64,000 nucleotides of DNA from Phoronis australis (lineage: Eukaryota; Animalia; Phoronida): the NCBI GenBank assembly GCA_002633005.1, contig NMRA01000577.1, positions 62,001 through 126,000 of the forward strand, given 5' to 3'. The notes under the pieces are model-generated. The model was not told the DNA's origin. It made no database searches and saw only the letters and a program-made list of their open reading frames with translations. The position numbers and the translations under genes are program-made. Numbering within the stretch: the stretch's first letter is position 1; every line of letters starts with the position of its first letter. Positions 39,601-54,600 of this stretch are shown here, piece after piece.

Positions 39601-42600
39601 TTCTTCAGAATTTATACTTTCTGAAAATAAATTCTAGAGTTTTGCAGATATTAGGCTAATTGGGCAGACTTGTCAGTACGGTCCTACATAACATTAAGAT
39701 TATAGGGCGTTGTCATAGAATGTTGACACCCACCTCCAATTTGTATGACCTGGATTTCTTAAAATGCACTTCGTGTCTGTGAACGCTCGTCTCATCAAAA
39801 TTTCATCTCGCAAAAGGTACGCAATTCACTTGTTTTTTTACTAACAATCAAGCCATTGTCGGCTGAAACTTGCCTTATTCAAGCTGAAAAGTCTGGGCTC
39901 TCTGGCTCTTTACTGATGGAGACATGAAGCGGTTCTTTTGGCTCGTGCCTGTTCTAATATTGCTGTACTGGTGTGCAACAAAACGGTGAAAGCTTTCTCG
40001 GCAACAATGTGTGACCATCTCATTGGGCGACTAATGTTAACTTTGATGGAAACGCTGTGTCAGAAGTTGGGTCACGTGACTGCACTGAACTATGGTGCGT
40101 TATCATGAGACTGTAAGTTCTTAACTTCATTGTCTACAATCACCCGATGTTTTATTTGACTTCTGTGCAACTCTCCATCAACCTATATCTCAAAGATTAT
40201 CTTTTAATGCCCGTTACCTGCATAATGCCAACTCCATTGATTTATAGTTCTCCAATTTTTGCGTACTGGCACTAACCTGTACAAGTACGGTAAAATCACG
40301 TGATTCTGCACTGATATCCTAATAGTTGGTACATTCAGATGAGGCATGTCAACCAACAGTGACCAGACAGAATTTTATTTCCCCGACTTCCTTCAGTGTA
40401 GGTCACATGCCTTCAACAACATGCAGGTTCTGAGGTAATTGGCAGTGAGATAGCCTGACAATTAATGCTTGGTTATCAGGAAATTTAAGTTGGACCGTAA
40501 CTCAAGTTTGAAATTTAACAACAGCATTTTCGTTTAAATAATTATTATTTAATAAATAGCTGTCTCTGAGAGTGATTGCAATAGTTCCAAAGGATTTTTT
40601 GTGGCTGAATGGTAAATGAACTTAACAAACACATGTTGTTTATCAAATAGACTAATGTTTTTGTCCATATGGTGCATCAACTGAACTCAAGTGTCTGCCC
40701 ACTTACTACATTAGTTAAACTCTAGTATCCCTGCCCACTTAGTACAGCACCTAAACTCCAGTGTCTGTCCGCTTAGTTCATGTAATAAACCCTGTCTGTC
40801 TACTTACTATTTAACTAAATTCTAATGCTTCTGTTAACTTAGTTCATCATCTAAACTCTAGCAGTATCTGTCCACGTAGTATATCTAATAAACTCTAGTG
40901 TCTGTCCATTTACATAGTTCATCAACTAAGCTAATGTCTCAACTTAACTGTAATGTCTCTTCCCACTTAGTGTATCAACTGAACTCTTGTGTTTCTGCAC
41001 ACTTAGTGTACAACATTGACTAGATTCTAGTGTTTCTGCACACTTAGTGTACAACATTGACTAGATACTAGTGTTTCTGCACACTTAGTGTACAACATTA
41101 ACTAGACTGTAGTGTTTCTGCACACTTAGTGTACAACATCCACTAGACTCTAGTGTTTCTGCAAACTTAGTGTACAACATCGACTAGACTCTGATGTCTT
41201 TGCCCACTTAGTAAATCGACTGTACTCTAGTGTCCCTGCCCACTTATATATCAACTAGACTCTAGTATCTGTCCAGTTGTGTTTTCACCAGACTGGTGTT
41301 GTTCTGGTCATTTTGTCTAGTAAAAGCCAGTGTCATGTCATCAAAAAGTTTACCATCTAAAGTGCCCCTGAAGTAGTTGCCTTAGAGGTTTATTTGGATA
41401 AGAGGGTCAGTTGAAACAATGAGCATTCATGTTATTGAACCCCATCCACTTGTTGCTTGACTTGGCCCATGTGTTGTGTGGGCGATGAAGTCTTGTCTGA
41501 GTCTCAATATTGACTGATATTTTTTACTGTGAGATGGTGTGTGTTGAGCAGTACTTTGCTTTTATCTTGACATTCATGGGCTTGAAAAGTTGGATTTTAT
41601 TTTTTGTTTAAAATAGTTTGTATTGCTAAGGACGTCAGTGCCTTTTTGTTTAAGGTCGTCTTACTGGGAAAGGCATTTTCATGGTTATACAAGTCGTGGA
41701 TTATTTATGGTTATGAACATGTTGACATATTTTTTCAATGTGTTGAATCAAATTGCAGCTGAATCCAGTATGTTCCTGTTGAACATAAGTTCACTTCTGG
41801 AAGCCACATAGCATCTGCAATTTATTGCCCAAATAAGAACACTATCCAGCATTCCAAATTCCTGGTTGGAGTCAGTGTCTTGTAAATGTATTATATGAAA
41901 GGTCATGTTGTTGTTTCCTACTTGTTGGAGATTCTTTACAAGTTATTTTTGTTGCATAATTATTTTTGTACATTGAACATTCAATAGAGTGAATACATTG
42001 GTCAAGTCTGCGCACAGCTCTGCCCATGGTCTGCTCCACACAAGGTCCGCATTATTCAGTGTGGGGCTCTGTTTACATTGGTAAACATGTGACACAGTGT
42101 TTGGAATGTGCCAGCCACAACAAGTGCATGGATCCTTGTTGATGGACAATGGGCCAGAATGTTTGTTGTTGGGTCTGCTGGCACTGCTATCAGTGTCTGG
42201 CAGGTGTGAGGGACACTTACCTGTTATTGGTGGACAGGTCAAGGGATGATTTATACTTGGTGAAATTAAATTTCATTTGAAGCTATTTGATCTTAAGAAT
42301 GATTCAAGAAATTATACAATTATTGTCTGCAAATCTGCAACATTATACACAGACAGATGAGATGCTGACCTCAGCGTAATTAGCCTCGTTTCTTTTGGCT
42401 CTCAATTTTTGTCCTGTTCTTACCTTGATGGGAAATTGAGTTCCTGAGACATGCCAGATTATAAAAAATAACCTGGTCAGTATCAACACATTGAAATTTG
42501 TTTGATGTGGTCAAACCCTAACGCTCAGAGATCACTGTGAAATTCCTGTCCGTTTTTAGTGCAGTGCTGGTAATGTGTCTTGCACTACCATACGGTTGCG

Positions 42601-45600
42601 GAAAAATTGCCCGCAGTGTTGGGCAATACTGTTAATGTGTAATTCCCACATCTAGGATTCAAGTTTCCTCTTTGCTGTGTGACCTTGACCTAGTTTTCTG
42701 AAGGTGTGGCTGCTAACACCTTGTGATCTTGAATCGAAACAAGTCAAGAACCATTGCAGATTTTTCATGTCTGCAGTTACAACTTCCCAGTTCCCATGGC
42801 TACAATAAATCATCACTGCCTTCGTAATTGCAAATGGCAAATTAATCTGGATGCAAAGTAAATGCCTCAGAATCAGACAAGACACTGTGGTATTCTGGGA
42901 AATTGTTATTGGCATTTAAAAAAGTCTGAATTCACCTCTTACCTTGGTTTTAGCATAGATCAAAGACAACATATTAGCAACTCTGCATATTTTCTTATGG
43001 AATTCCCAGAGGTGGCGCCATTCTCTTCCAGTTACACACCTCAGCGTCCAGTCAATGAGCAGACGTACTTGGCAGAAGTGAAAGATGCTTGACACCAGGC
43101 GCCGCTAGTGAATAGTGACATCGCCCCAACAGTGTTGTTCCTCTGCTTGTGGGCGAGATCACAAATTTTGTACCTTGAGAATATATGAAGTTGTTGATCC
43201 ATGTCAGTCTGTGGTTCGTGTCGGTGATATGTCTGTTCTTTTATTGATGTTTCTGTTTCAACATCCACTTTTTTCTTAATTTGAAAACAACTTGCAGCTT
43301 CTGGAGTGTCCTGTGAAAGAAGAACATATTCAAAGAAAACATTTCTCTTTTGAATCTTGTTCGTACTGGCTTCAGGGAATGAACAGATTAACTGCAGTTA
43401 CAGTGATGTGTACTGAACCGATTGTTAAAAAGCTATCAGTTTATCTAATGGGATTCCATCCACAATGAATCCAGCCAACAGGGCCATCCATCTGTCTCTC
43501 ATTGGCCTGTTGGCCTGCAGCGGGTTCTCTGTGTGTGTGTGTGTGCGTGCGTGCGTGCGTGTGTGTCACATCTCGTGAAATGTTGGTGGGTTGGTGCTAA
43601 AAAAGGAACAGTCTGGTATGGAGAAGACAGTGGGACTGTCCCTTTGTTGACCCATCTCTCTGTGGTAACATGGGTGGAGACAGTAGTGCTGCTCCTTTGT
43701 TGACCCATCTCTGCTGTCCCCTTGTTGACCCATCACTCACTGGCATCAATATAGGGTGAACAGGGTTTAACTGTTGGATGATATAATCTAGTCATTGGTG
43801 CCAGAGATGAACACCAGGTGATGATTACTGGGGTCAGTGTAGTGACCAGTAGTGACCACATTGCACTGGTCATCTGTATACTACAGTAAGCACTCACACA
43901 CCCATTAATTCTGTGGAACATTCTAGATCAACCTATCCATTGTAATTTGTCTACTTTCAAGCCTTCATGGCATATCTCTCTTTGTACCAATAGTACAGTC
44001 CCCATATATCTATGGTCATATGATTTCTTGTTGTCTGTAAACTACATTGTCGTCATAACACTAGTTCCAGCCAGAATTGGTTTTCACTTCACACCATCGC
44101 AGTCACAGTAAACTGACTGCAGTATAACTGAAGCTAAACTTTGCCACTGTTGATCAGTAAACCTTTTTCAATACAACCAGTGTTGGTCTATTTTCAACAA
44201 CTGGGAATATTGGCGGAATAATGGGGTGACTAAGGGAGATTTTTCCCTTACCCAACCCAAAAAGATTTCTTATCAGGAGACTGAGCAAGGGCCTTGACTA
44301 TCAGTCTATTTGTCTGTCTGTCTGCATATATCTGTGTATCGTATCTTCCTATCTATATCTTGATCAAATCAGTAACTTTGTTACCTGTGTTTGATGTCTG
44401 GGGTGAAAGTGGGCTTTGTTATTGAGAGTTCCTTTCAAATATCCAGGTATAATTTACACATTGTCCTCTGTTTAACTTATAAAGTTTGTGGTTTCTTGAC
44501 ATCAAATGAACTCAGTGGCTTTCTAATGAGGCTAAACATATCTTTGTTTACTTTTTGGAAATGGGGTCAATGCTTGTTTGCAAAGTTCATGGTGAAAATA
44601 AACCTGGCATTTTACCGATAAAATCTGAAGTTTGTGCCGTTTATCTTGTGGATGCACACTCACCCAACTGTAGTTTTAGTAATAAATTTAGTAACTGTCT
44701 TGCATTGATTAGTGGATCAGTGCAAGATCTTAAGTGTCTGCTGTTCAGGTTCTTTGACTACTGTTGTTTTGCCTGTAGAAATAAAGAATGTTTATAGTTT
44801 ACATGGTTGTAATACATACTGTGAGTGCCAGAGAGTGACCTGTATGTGTGACCTATTGGTGGAGCACCAACTCACACTCTCTGATTACATTCATGGCATT
44901 CTATGGTTAACAGTGATATTAGACAAGTGTGAAAAGATGAGTTACAGTCACTTTTGCAGGGTTCCTGCACTGTGAGAACCAGTTTCCTCAACTGATTAAC
45001 AGGCATCAAACTGGTTCTCTAAATGTGGGGTGGGGGACAGTTGCCAAAAGATGTGCTGGTTAAGCCTTGTGATATTATGTTGTTTTGTTTGGTGTTAGTT
45101 CATATAATTGTCAAATAAAAGAAGAGGTTTGCTTGTCACACACTACCTTGGCCACACTGGCAGATCTAGGATATCATAGGTAGAAGGGGGCAAAGCATAA
45201 TTTTCAAAGAAAAAATGTCCAAGTAGACCCTGCATGCAGATGTTTTTTATCGTGCGTGTTTGGACCTCTCCCTAAATCTGGCTATGGGCAATTGTAAAGC
45301 TTTGTGAAAGTCTTTTCGTGTACATTACAAAGTCTGTGGTAAAATCTGATCAGTTTAGGACACAATATGGCCGACAAGTGAATTTTTTAAGTTTTTCCAT
45401 GAATGGTGTGTGGCACAAAATTCCATGTGCATGATTTGTACCATAGCTACTTTCAGGGAACTTTTTGAAAATTGTGGGAATTCACAGCAGTGTTAGATGC
45501 CCTTGAAAAATGAACGAGGGTCATTGTCCGACGTTGCTGAGTTTTTACTGTACTTTGCTATTGAACTAATGTTGTAATTATGGTTGGCGTTTTCAGTTGG

Positions 45601-48600
45601 GCCTCCCTATACCTTCAGGCTAAAGGTGAAGTTTTATTCGTCGGAGCCAAATAACTTGCGGGAAGAACTTACTAGGTAAGTGCCAATAGATGTCCCTGTT
45701 TTAAGTTGCATTTCATGATTTCATGCTGTCATAAGTTGAGTTCTAAGTTGCGGTAAAAAATTTCCCGTTTTGGAGTCTCTAAAATTTGGACATCAAAAAT
45801 TGAGCAGCACAATTTTGCCATTCATCAAATTTCTCTAATACTGGGACACTGTGTTTTGTATCTATGGAATCTGAAACTAGATTTGGTAGTTCATGAAATT
45901 AACCAAAATTGTCCGCCGACCTGTTTCACACCTCCCCATAGTGTATGGCATCGAGGTGAATGATTGTTGTTGATAGTAATTCTTGAATTTGGTACAAATT
46001 CTGGTCTTGAGGAAAACAATCAATATTTCACTATCCTAATCCAGTGAAGTATTACTATATAGAGTTTATAGAGTCTTTACAGCCCTCAACTCTGTATACC
46101 CATACACAAAATGCTAAAACACTTACGTTATCGCAAGCACTTTCCCTAGTAGCAAAATGTGAATGGTAATTAGGTTCATTTTTGCTGACGGTTTAAGTTC
46201 CACAAAAACACCAGCACTTTGTGGCCAGTCTGTTTACTTCAGAGTACACACATGCATTTACCAGTGTTTTAATCAATTTATTGTAATAAATGTTTTACTT
46301 ATATAGCCATTCAGGTAGTGAAGAAACAAACTAGCTGCAGGTGAAATTTACCCCTTCGTGGACAGCATGTCTGTCTGGCTAAATGGCTAGTGTTTTTGTC
46401 GCTGTTCGCCACACACTTGGTGTAAGATAATAAGAATGGTCTTATGGTCACCGTACTGACACAGTGTTGAAAATAAGAGTCACTAGTTCAGAAGGTTAAG
46501 AGCTAATTTGCTACTGTATGACTTAGTGCAATGTGTCATGTATAGAAAATAAGCCTGTCTCTTAATATTTTTGCTTGAGTGTAAGTGTACTTCTCTTCCA
46601 ACCTTCCTCTGGCAGTCACTCAGGCCCGCCTCTGCTTGATACTGTTCATCGCTCACGTTCCCGTCCCTCTCCTAGATCTTGTTCATCACTCACGCCCGGG
46701 TCTTATCTTTGTACTCTGTCTCCACCTTGAAATTCATTTCGTCATTTTCTATTCTCCTTTTGTGCAAACTCAAAATAAGTGTCTTACTCTATGCTTGGGT
46801 ACATAATGGCTTATGCGTATAACTGTCTAATCCTAGTTTGCACTTGATGACCCCAGCCGTAAGGCAAAAATCTCTAGTCTGAACTGGAAATCTTGAGTCC
46901 TTACTCAAGTTTGTAGCAGGAATATCAAGATTATCAAGTGCAAACTTTGTCTAAAAATTTACGCACGTAAACCATAATGTACTCGAGCACAGACTAATAG
47001 CCACTTGGGTCCGTACAAAAGTAGAACAGAAAATCCTGAAAATTATTTCGAGTTTGATTTATTTAGAGTACAAAGATTAGATTCTGGCTCCAGGATCCCA
47101 TCTCCTAGATCCCCTCTCCTAGATCCTGTTCATCATTCAGGCGTATCTCCTAGGTCCCATTCGTTACTCAGGTCCACATCCCAGATTCAGACTCCTTATT
47201 CTCAAATAATCGTACGAGTGTTGTGTAATACGCATCGGGCTCTTCATGGTGGCAATGTGCACATGTAGTTAATGTGTGCGGTATGGAGGACCTTAAAGTG
47301 AAAACATTCTAATCTATACAAAATTATTATGGTAAAAATTGTTCAGTTTGGGACCGTGGCAATATAGCAAACAGGTGAAATTTCATTTTGTAAAATTTCA
47401 TTTTGTGAAATTTCATTTTGTGAAATTTCGCAACAAAAGTTACTTGTCAGGAAAATTTACTTTACTTTTAACATCATTTGTGTTGCTTAAAATTTACTTT
47501 ACTTTTAGCATCGTTTGTGTTGCGTAGCGATCACCAAACAACATTTGGTAAAATTTTGAGCATTCATAGTAATGTTGTAAGCCTCTGAAAAATAGATAAG
47601 TGGCAATTTTAGCAATTATTTTCGTCCCAAATTGCAGATTTTTTACTGTAGATATCTTCAAGACATTTGATGACGGGTGTTCCTCTAGGATTAACCACGC
47701 ATTTCGAAAACAACGCAAACGTGATTCATATTGACAGATGTCTCCCTGTACACCAGCAGTTAAACTATCCTGTTGGGAGTATTGATTGACTTCTTGCGCA
47801 CAGCAGTTTTACTTCAGGTCACTTGTGATCTGGAAAAGTCAGGTAGATCAGTCAGATGCGTAACGTCATCTCCTTAATGCGTTGGTAGGTCCACAGTCAA
47901 GCTGTAGACACAAGTTCTGCTGAAGACTAATTGTTGATATGTTATCATTAAAGTCATTTATCCTGGATAGGTTAAGTAACAAGTTGATCTTGTGTCTAGA
48001 TTTTAATTTTATCCGAGTTAAAAATTGGTAATACGTTTTTTTGCGAGGTAATAACTCTTTTTTTATTTGAGCTGGTCTATTGCGGCTCAGTATTTTGGGT
48101 TTGGTTTCCATAACAACCACCTTTAAATTAGCTGTTATAACTTGTTTTCAAAACTTTCCACTTTTGCACGACAGGCTATCAAAAAATAGGACATTAATGA
48201 TTTTATGAAAAAATGAAAAGCTGCGTTAACCGAAAACGAAACAGTAATTCAGAAAATTGTTGTATCATTTTTTAGGTTTCTTCATGAACATTTGTATCGA
48301 ATGAAATTTAGTCATGTTCTTGATACTGTGGCTTAGCTGCGGATGTACCTTTCTTTTTCGCTAAAATTCACTTAAAAGACGTAGCCACATTATCCAATTA
48401 ATAGCGGATTGGTACAAAGTCAAAAATTAAGTTCTGCAAGGAAATGTGCACTTTTTCTGAGTTAAAAAGTCTAAAGTTTTGCATATATTTGGCTAAGTGC
48501 GTAGACAAGTCAATAAGACCCTACGCAACCTTACAAGGACAAAACAAAGTGTTCCACGTCAAAACATGAACCAAAATAACAATTTTCACAGATGGGACTG

Positions 48601-51600
48601 GTTGAAACTATAAGTAGGTGCTCCATTTGTTCATCTGTGCCATTGTTTTAAGTCATTAATTAATCTTTGACTCACATTCTGTAAATATGGATTTTTCATT
48701 TCTTTTTGAGATCACAAGCTCGACAGTTTGATGAACACAAATGTAGGCGCGTGTGTACCTCACACCCAGCTTTTCATTCCTAACGGCAACACCAAGGCAT
48801 ATTAAACACCATTGTGAAACTCCTGCTCATCTGTTTTGGGGGATTCACAAGATGGGTAGATTTATTCCTATTCTACTGTTGGTTTACCCTTCCTCTGTAC
48901 AGCCTCATGTGATGTGTGTGAGGTGTCACAGTCATCATATCCCTTGGTTGTGATTAAATTTCAACTGTTTGTTTACACCATGTTCTCCAGGCCATTTTCT
49001 ACCAACTTATCTCCATATGAAGTTAGTTGAACGTTTTAGACCAGCTCATGTAGTTAGTATACACTGTCAGAAGATGTCCTAGGTTGATGTGTGGGGCGTT
49101 AGAGTTATCGCAAGATGGCGCTCCGAAACCATTAAAATTCAGACGCAATTATTTTAAAAGTCAAATATTGTTTGTATTGTTCAATAGTAAATGAAATAAA
49201 ATGGTTATAATGGTAGGCACTTAAAGTATTTTTGAATCATACCACAACACATGCTGTTATTGGTAGCAACACCTGTTGATAAGTCTGATGACATGGAAGT
49301 TAGTGTTCATACCACATCACAGTGTCAACGCGCCGCTTTTAAATCCACCTGATTACTGCTAAATTAACTTGCGCTGTTAACTTCGATCCAGGACCGAAGG
49401 TAATCATTCATATCGACCAACACTCCTCAAAACATTGGCACGTCCGTGTTAGTATGAAGAGTCCTCCAGAAAACACCTGTTGAATTATGTTTGATGTCGT
49501 TTAATTAGAAGATGCCACCTGAAAGATCTGATTGCAGGACAGCCGTCTCATAGGCGGGAACAAAATTGATTATCGTTTCATAATGACATTATGTTTTCAA
49601 ATTTATTTTACTGAATCTATTGGCAACAGCTGCAGTTTGGGAGGGTAGTGGGGCACATGCGGTTGAGTTTGAACTGACAGGACTCGTAGAAAAATGACGT
49701 TGTTATGATGTGGGGAACCCACTAACATATGAATGTGAGTCAAGTGAGATGATGAGGCCATTGAACTGGTTTTTAAGATCACTAGGGCATGGCTGGGGCA
49801 AGGCATGATGACCTTCTGATCTTAGTCCCTGGTCAGGCTTATTTGGGGATTCCTTGTGGTATTTGGTTGATAAAATAACAGTTTAAATCTTTAGGTGCTT
49901 AAGTAAACATTGTGCTGTATGAATTCTTGATATAAGCTTCCAGGAAATGTTTGTGGTTGTTTTGACCTCAATCTACCTGGTGTTGAGAAGACTGGATAAG
50001 ACAATTATTGACTTTGTGAAACCAAAAATTAGCATGTCGGAGATGTCACCTAGGTTCACTAACTAACCTCGCCCTGAATACAAATTGGCCCGTTTTAACT
50101 AATTTGAAAATTGGTTTCATAGTTGACGTGTCATCTAAGGTATCTGTTGTCGGGGATATATTTCTAAACTACTAAAAATATTTCATTTTTACTAATTTAC
50201 AATCACTGTGCCAGCCACGACATCCCTGATCATTTTGTCACCACACACTACCGTAATTCTTGGCATACTTCACACAAAAATAATTGCCAAAATTGTAATT
50301 TTCCATTTTTCAAATGCCGATTACTTTGCTCCAAATAGTGCAAATTTCACCAATGTGAAGGAAATTGACAAAATAGAATTTCTTCTGTCAGCTATATTGT
50401 GCACTAAATATGGAAGACTTACTGTACTACTGGCTATCGAAATGTTTGAAACACAGACAACAAATCTCAATGAGTACTCTAAAACCTTAGATCCAAAGTC
50501 AGAGTGGCTTTGAATTGGAAAGCTGGGATAGATAAATTAGATTATAATTAAGTTTTAATGTTTTTACTTTTGGCTTAGCCATTCACTGCAAAATATGCTT
50601 ATCAGCTTGTTAGGTACTTGGTAGTTCTTGACCTACTTAATTCTTAATTCCAGGAGAGATAACCACAGTTTAATGACATCATCAAACAACAAGACATTTG
50701 TTTTACCAAATACTAAAAATGTCAAGTTTTTATTATTTCTTTTTTCTGAAGATATTTCTGTTGATAGTTCACCTGTCAAATTGTAATTGATGCAGTCGTC
50801 TCTAGACTGTTGACCATCGTTTTTAATTAACTTAAATCAAAACAATTCTGACTGGGGGATACATGTTTAAATGTCAGACAAAGTATGTTCTTGGGTCAGG
50901 GTATGTATTTCAACTAACCTTTCACTGGCCATTGGTACCAGTTTTTTCGCCTGAAGGCTTGACTACTTAAAACCTGTTGAATTCTGGCCTTACCATATGG
51001 TGTTAGAATCTTAAAATGTGCTAACACAATCTTTTAAAAAATAACATTGTACCGTGTTTTTGTGGTTGCACCATATTTCCAAGGTTCTCACAAAATTTTA
51101 ATTGCACTGTGAACTGCAGTTTAGAAAACAACTTAGTTGTGAAATAATTTAAGTGGGATTTTCTGCATATTTTCATTTAAATGCCATTGCTTGCTAAAAA
51201 TATTCCAAATTTTTAGTAACCCTTGCTTTTTTGCCATGATTCTTTAATTGTATTCTGTCTATTGTCACCGCGAGGGTGTGGTCACATGACACGTATCTTA
51301 ACTGATAATTTATTTTTAGCTCAGTGATGATTCATCATAATTGTTTACGTCTGCTTCTACACAGGTGGCCTAATGCAATGTATTATTGCAACAAAAACAC
51401 ACTCAATGTTTTTCTCTACTGTCAACCTACTGCATATTGTAGATAAATGTTGCATCCAAACTCAAGCTACCATCGGTGATGAAATGTAGAGTCCTATGAA
51501 TCCATCTTCACCGGATGCCGCTCACAATGCGCTAATGTTATATGAAGAGTCGGATCAGTATATTTTTGTCCAAATGTTGGCGTCTTGTTCATGCTGGAGT

Positions 51601-54600
51601 CTTGCTTATATTTCAGGTACCAGTTTTTCCTGCAACTGAAGCAAGACATTCTAAGTGGACAGTTGGAACCTCCTTATGAGATCAGTGTAGAGTTGGCAGC
51701 ACTGGCCTTGCAATGTAAGTGTTGTGTGAATTCTCCAGTTGGAATGTAAGTGTTGTTTGATTTCTGGCCTTGCAATGTAAGTGTTGTGTGAATTCTCCAG
51801 TTGGAATGTAAGTGTTGTTTGATTTCTGGCCTTGCAATGTAAGTGTTGTTTGATTTCTGGCCTTGCAATGTAAGTGTTGTGTGAATTCTCGCCTTGCAAT
51901 GGAAGTGTTGTGTGCAAGCACATTTTTTCAATCAATTCTGCTGCACACTGACTGAAGAAAGCATTTCATTTATCAAAATTTGACTTGTTGTACAATTCAA
52001 CCCATTCTTGTAACATGTTCCAAGGAGTGCTTTTCTTCATTAAGAAAATCTAATCATGATAGTTCTGCTAATACATGTCTATCTATGACGTCCGTATAGT
52101 TTGGAGAATGAAGATTTTTTTGACACAATTCCTTGGTTTCATTTTATTTTGCGACTCAGAACTAGATTCGTTCAATGAATCACATTACAATTGACCGTTG
52201 TTGTTTCCAGCTGAACTTGGTGACTATGAGGACGACACCCACACGCCAGCGTTCATTTCGGAGTTTCGTTTTGTGCCAGAGAAAGATCAAACTGAGGAGA
52301 TGGAGCTGACCATCTTGGAGCAATACAAAAAGTGCTCGTAAGTTTGGGTCGTCATTTGGGCTGTCTCCACGCACACAGTGGTTATGTTGCCTTATTGCAA
52401 CAGTATGGAAATTGGTTTGGGAATCATTTGGGGCAGTCTCGTCATAGAGGATGGTCAAGTTGTCTTATAATCTGCATGGAAATTGACCCCGAGTGTGTGG
52501 GGCAGTAAATGATGCAAAGTCTCAATGTGTTGTGTGCTGTTTTTGTCATAGAAGAGACAGAATTCGTAACACTATGGAATGATAGTGAATTTCTTGTCAT
52601 CACAACTTTCTGGNACAATTCAACCCATTCTTGTAACATGTTCCAAGGAGTGCTTTTCTTCATTAAGAAAATGTAATCATGATAGTTCTGCTAATACATG
52701 TCTATCTATGATGTCCGTATAGTTTGGAGAATGAAGATTTTTTTGACACTATTCCTTGGTTTCATTTTATTTTGCGACTCAGAACTAGATTCGTTCAATG
52801 AATCATATTACAATTGACCGTTGTTGTTTGCAGCTGAACTTGGTGACTATGAGGACGACACCCACACGCCAGCGTTCATTTCGGAGTTTCGTTTTGTGCC
52901 AGAGAAAGATCAAACTGAGGAGATGGAGCTGACCATCTTGGAGCAATACAAAAAGTGCTCGTAAGTTTGGGTCGTCATTTGGGCTGTCTCCACGCACACA
53001 GTGGTTATGTTGCCTTATTGCAACAGTATGGAAATTGGTTTGGGAATCATTTGGGGCAGTCTCGTCATAGAGGATGGTCAAGTTGTCTTATAATCTGCAT
53101 GGAAATTGACCCCGAGTGTGTGGGGCAGTAAATGATGCAAAGTCTCAATGTGTTGTGTGCTGTTTTTGTAATAGAAGAGACAGAATTCGTAACACTATGG
53201 AATGATAGTGAATTTCTTGTCATCACAACTTTCTGGACTCCCTTCTGAGTCGTTGACTCTGGTCATAGTGATGAACAGAGGAGATTTAAGAAAAATAGTC
53301 TAGGATTGTCTAAGAATTTTGCCGAAAACTGAAGACATACTAATTTGTCATGTTTTTTAAATTGTACACTAGCTAGTGATAAGAGGCGGGGCCTAATCTC
53401 TGTACTGGAACCTCTACAGTAGTCTTAGCTGCATTGTTCATTTTGAGTAATCTGGTGTACTTGAATCATACAATGTGATTGGTTAAGTTCCAAGACCGAG
53501 ATTTGACTCTGAGCTCTGATTGGTCAAAAACTGGGGAGAAGGAAACTGCGAATGATGAGATGGGGGAAGACGAGCTGAGAATGTGCAGACATCTTGGACC
53601 TCATCCACCTTACTCATGAATGTTTCTCAAGAGGGCAGCAGTACTCATACTGCAGCATGGTAACTGGGAGAGACATTTGTTGTGATGTCGTATGTTTACA
53701 TTACTGAATTTGGTCTGCGTGAAGTATCCACCTGATGGTCCATGTTATTTATTCCCATTTCTCTTGCAGTGGTAAGACTCCAGCCCAAGCTGAGTTGGAG
53801 TATCTCAATAAAGCCAAGTGGCTGGAGATGTACGGCGTTGACATGCACATCGTCATGGTAACGTATTGCCTAGGTTACCACAGTTTCATTGTTATCACAT
53901 ACCAAATAGAAGTTCAAAAGTTCTTGTTAGTCCCACGCAGCTGATTGAACGATGAGCTCAACACCTGTCGGTTAACTTAAGAATCATTAACAGGTGTCAA
54001 TTTGATATTGTTTATCAGATTCACATTTTCAATGTTGTTTGAGTTCCTTTGTGTTTCGTTGTTCAATTGATACCTTGAAACAGTATAGAGATTGCAATAC
54101 AAAAGGGATGGCTATCAAGCTATACAGTGTTAATGAGTTCCCTGAAACTTTATCTGTGCTAAATGCTAGAGTGATGAGTGAAACATTGCATATAGTGAAT
54201 GATGGAGTACACACTACATACAGTGGTTGTCTATTGTGCACTGGTTGTATTAGCATTTTCAAAATGCTAGCTAATACTCAACGGGGATTTCACTTCAGGG
54301 CAAAGACATGCAGGAGTACTCCCTGGGTCTCACCCCGACGGGTATCCTGGTGTTTGAAGGGGCGACCAAGATTGGACTGTTCTTTTGGCCCAAGATGACG
54401 AGATTAGACTTCAAAAAGAAACTTCTTACTCTTGTGGTCGTTGAAGATGACGACGAAGTAAGTGGTTCAAGACTAATATAAATATGTGTATTGATATGTG
54501 TTAACATGATTTGAATTGATAGTGATATGTATAGATATATACATTGATCTATATTAATATTGGTGTGTGTAAACGTGATTTGATATTGATATCTGTTAAT

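Larger units (their letters stand above)
51992..53236. repeat. 622-bp tandem duplication joined by a single N (likely assembly artefact)
   Basis: 51992-52613 versus 52615-53236, N at 52614. Confidence 0.9.

Noticed and set aside
40680-41270. CRISPR-like array
   Set aside because: Contiguous tandem units without unique spacers, in a eukaryotic intron, with no cas genes
52211-52960. Mutually exclusive duplicate exons in the EPB41L5-like gene
   Set aside because: The exons are identical, the flanking introns are near-identical, and the copies are joined by a single N; an assembly artefact is more likely
53268-53335. C/D box snoRNA (GTGATGA...CTGA)
   Set aside because: No terminal stem and no recognisable rRNA antisense element
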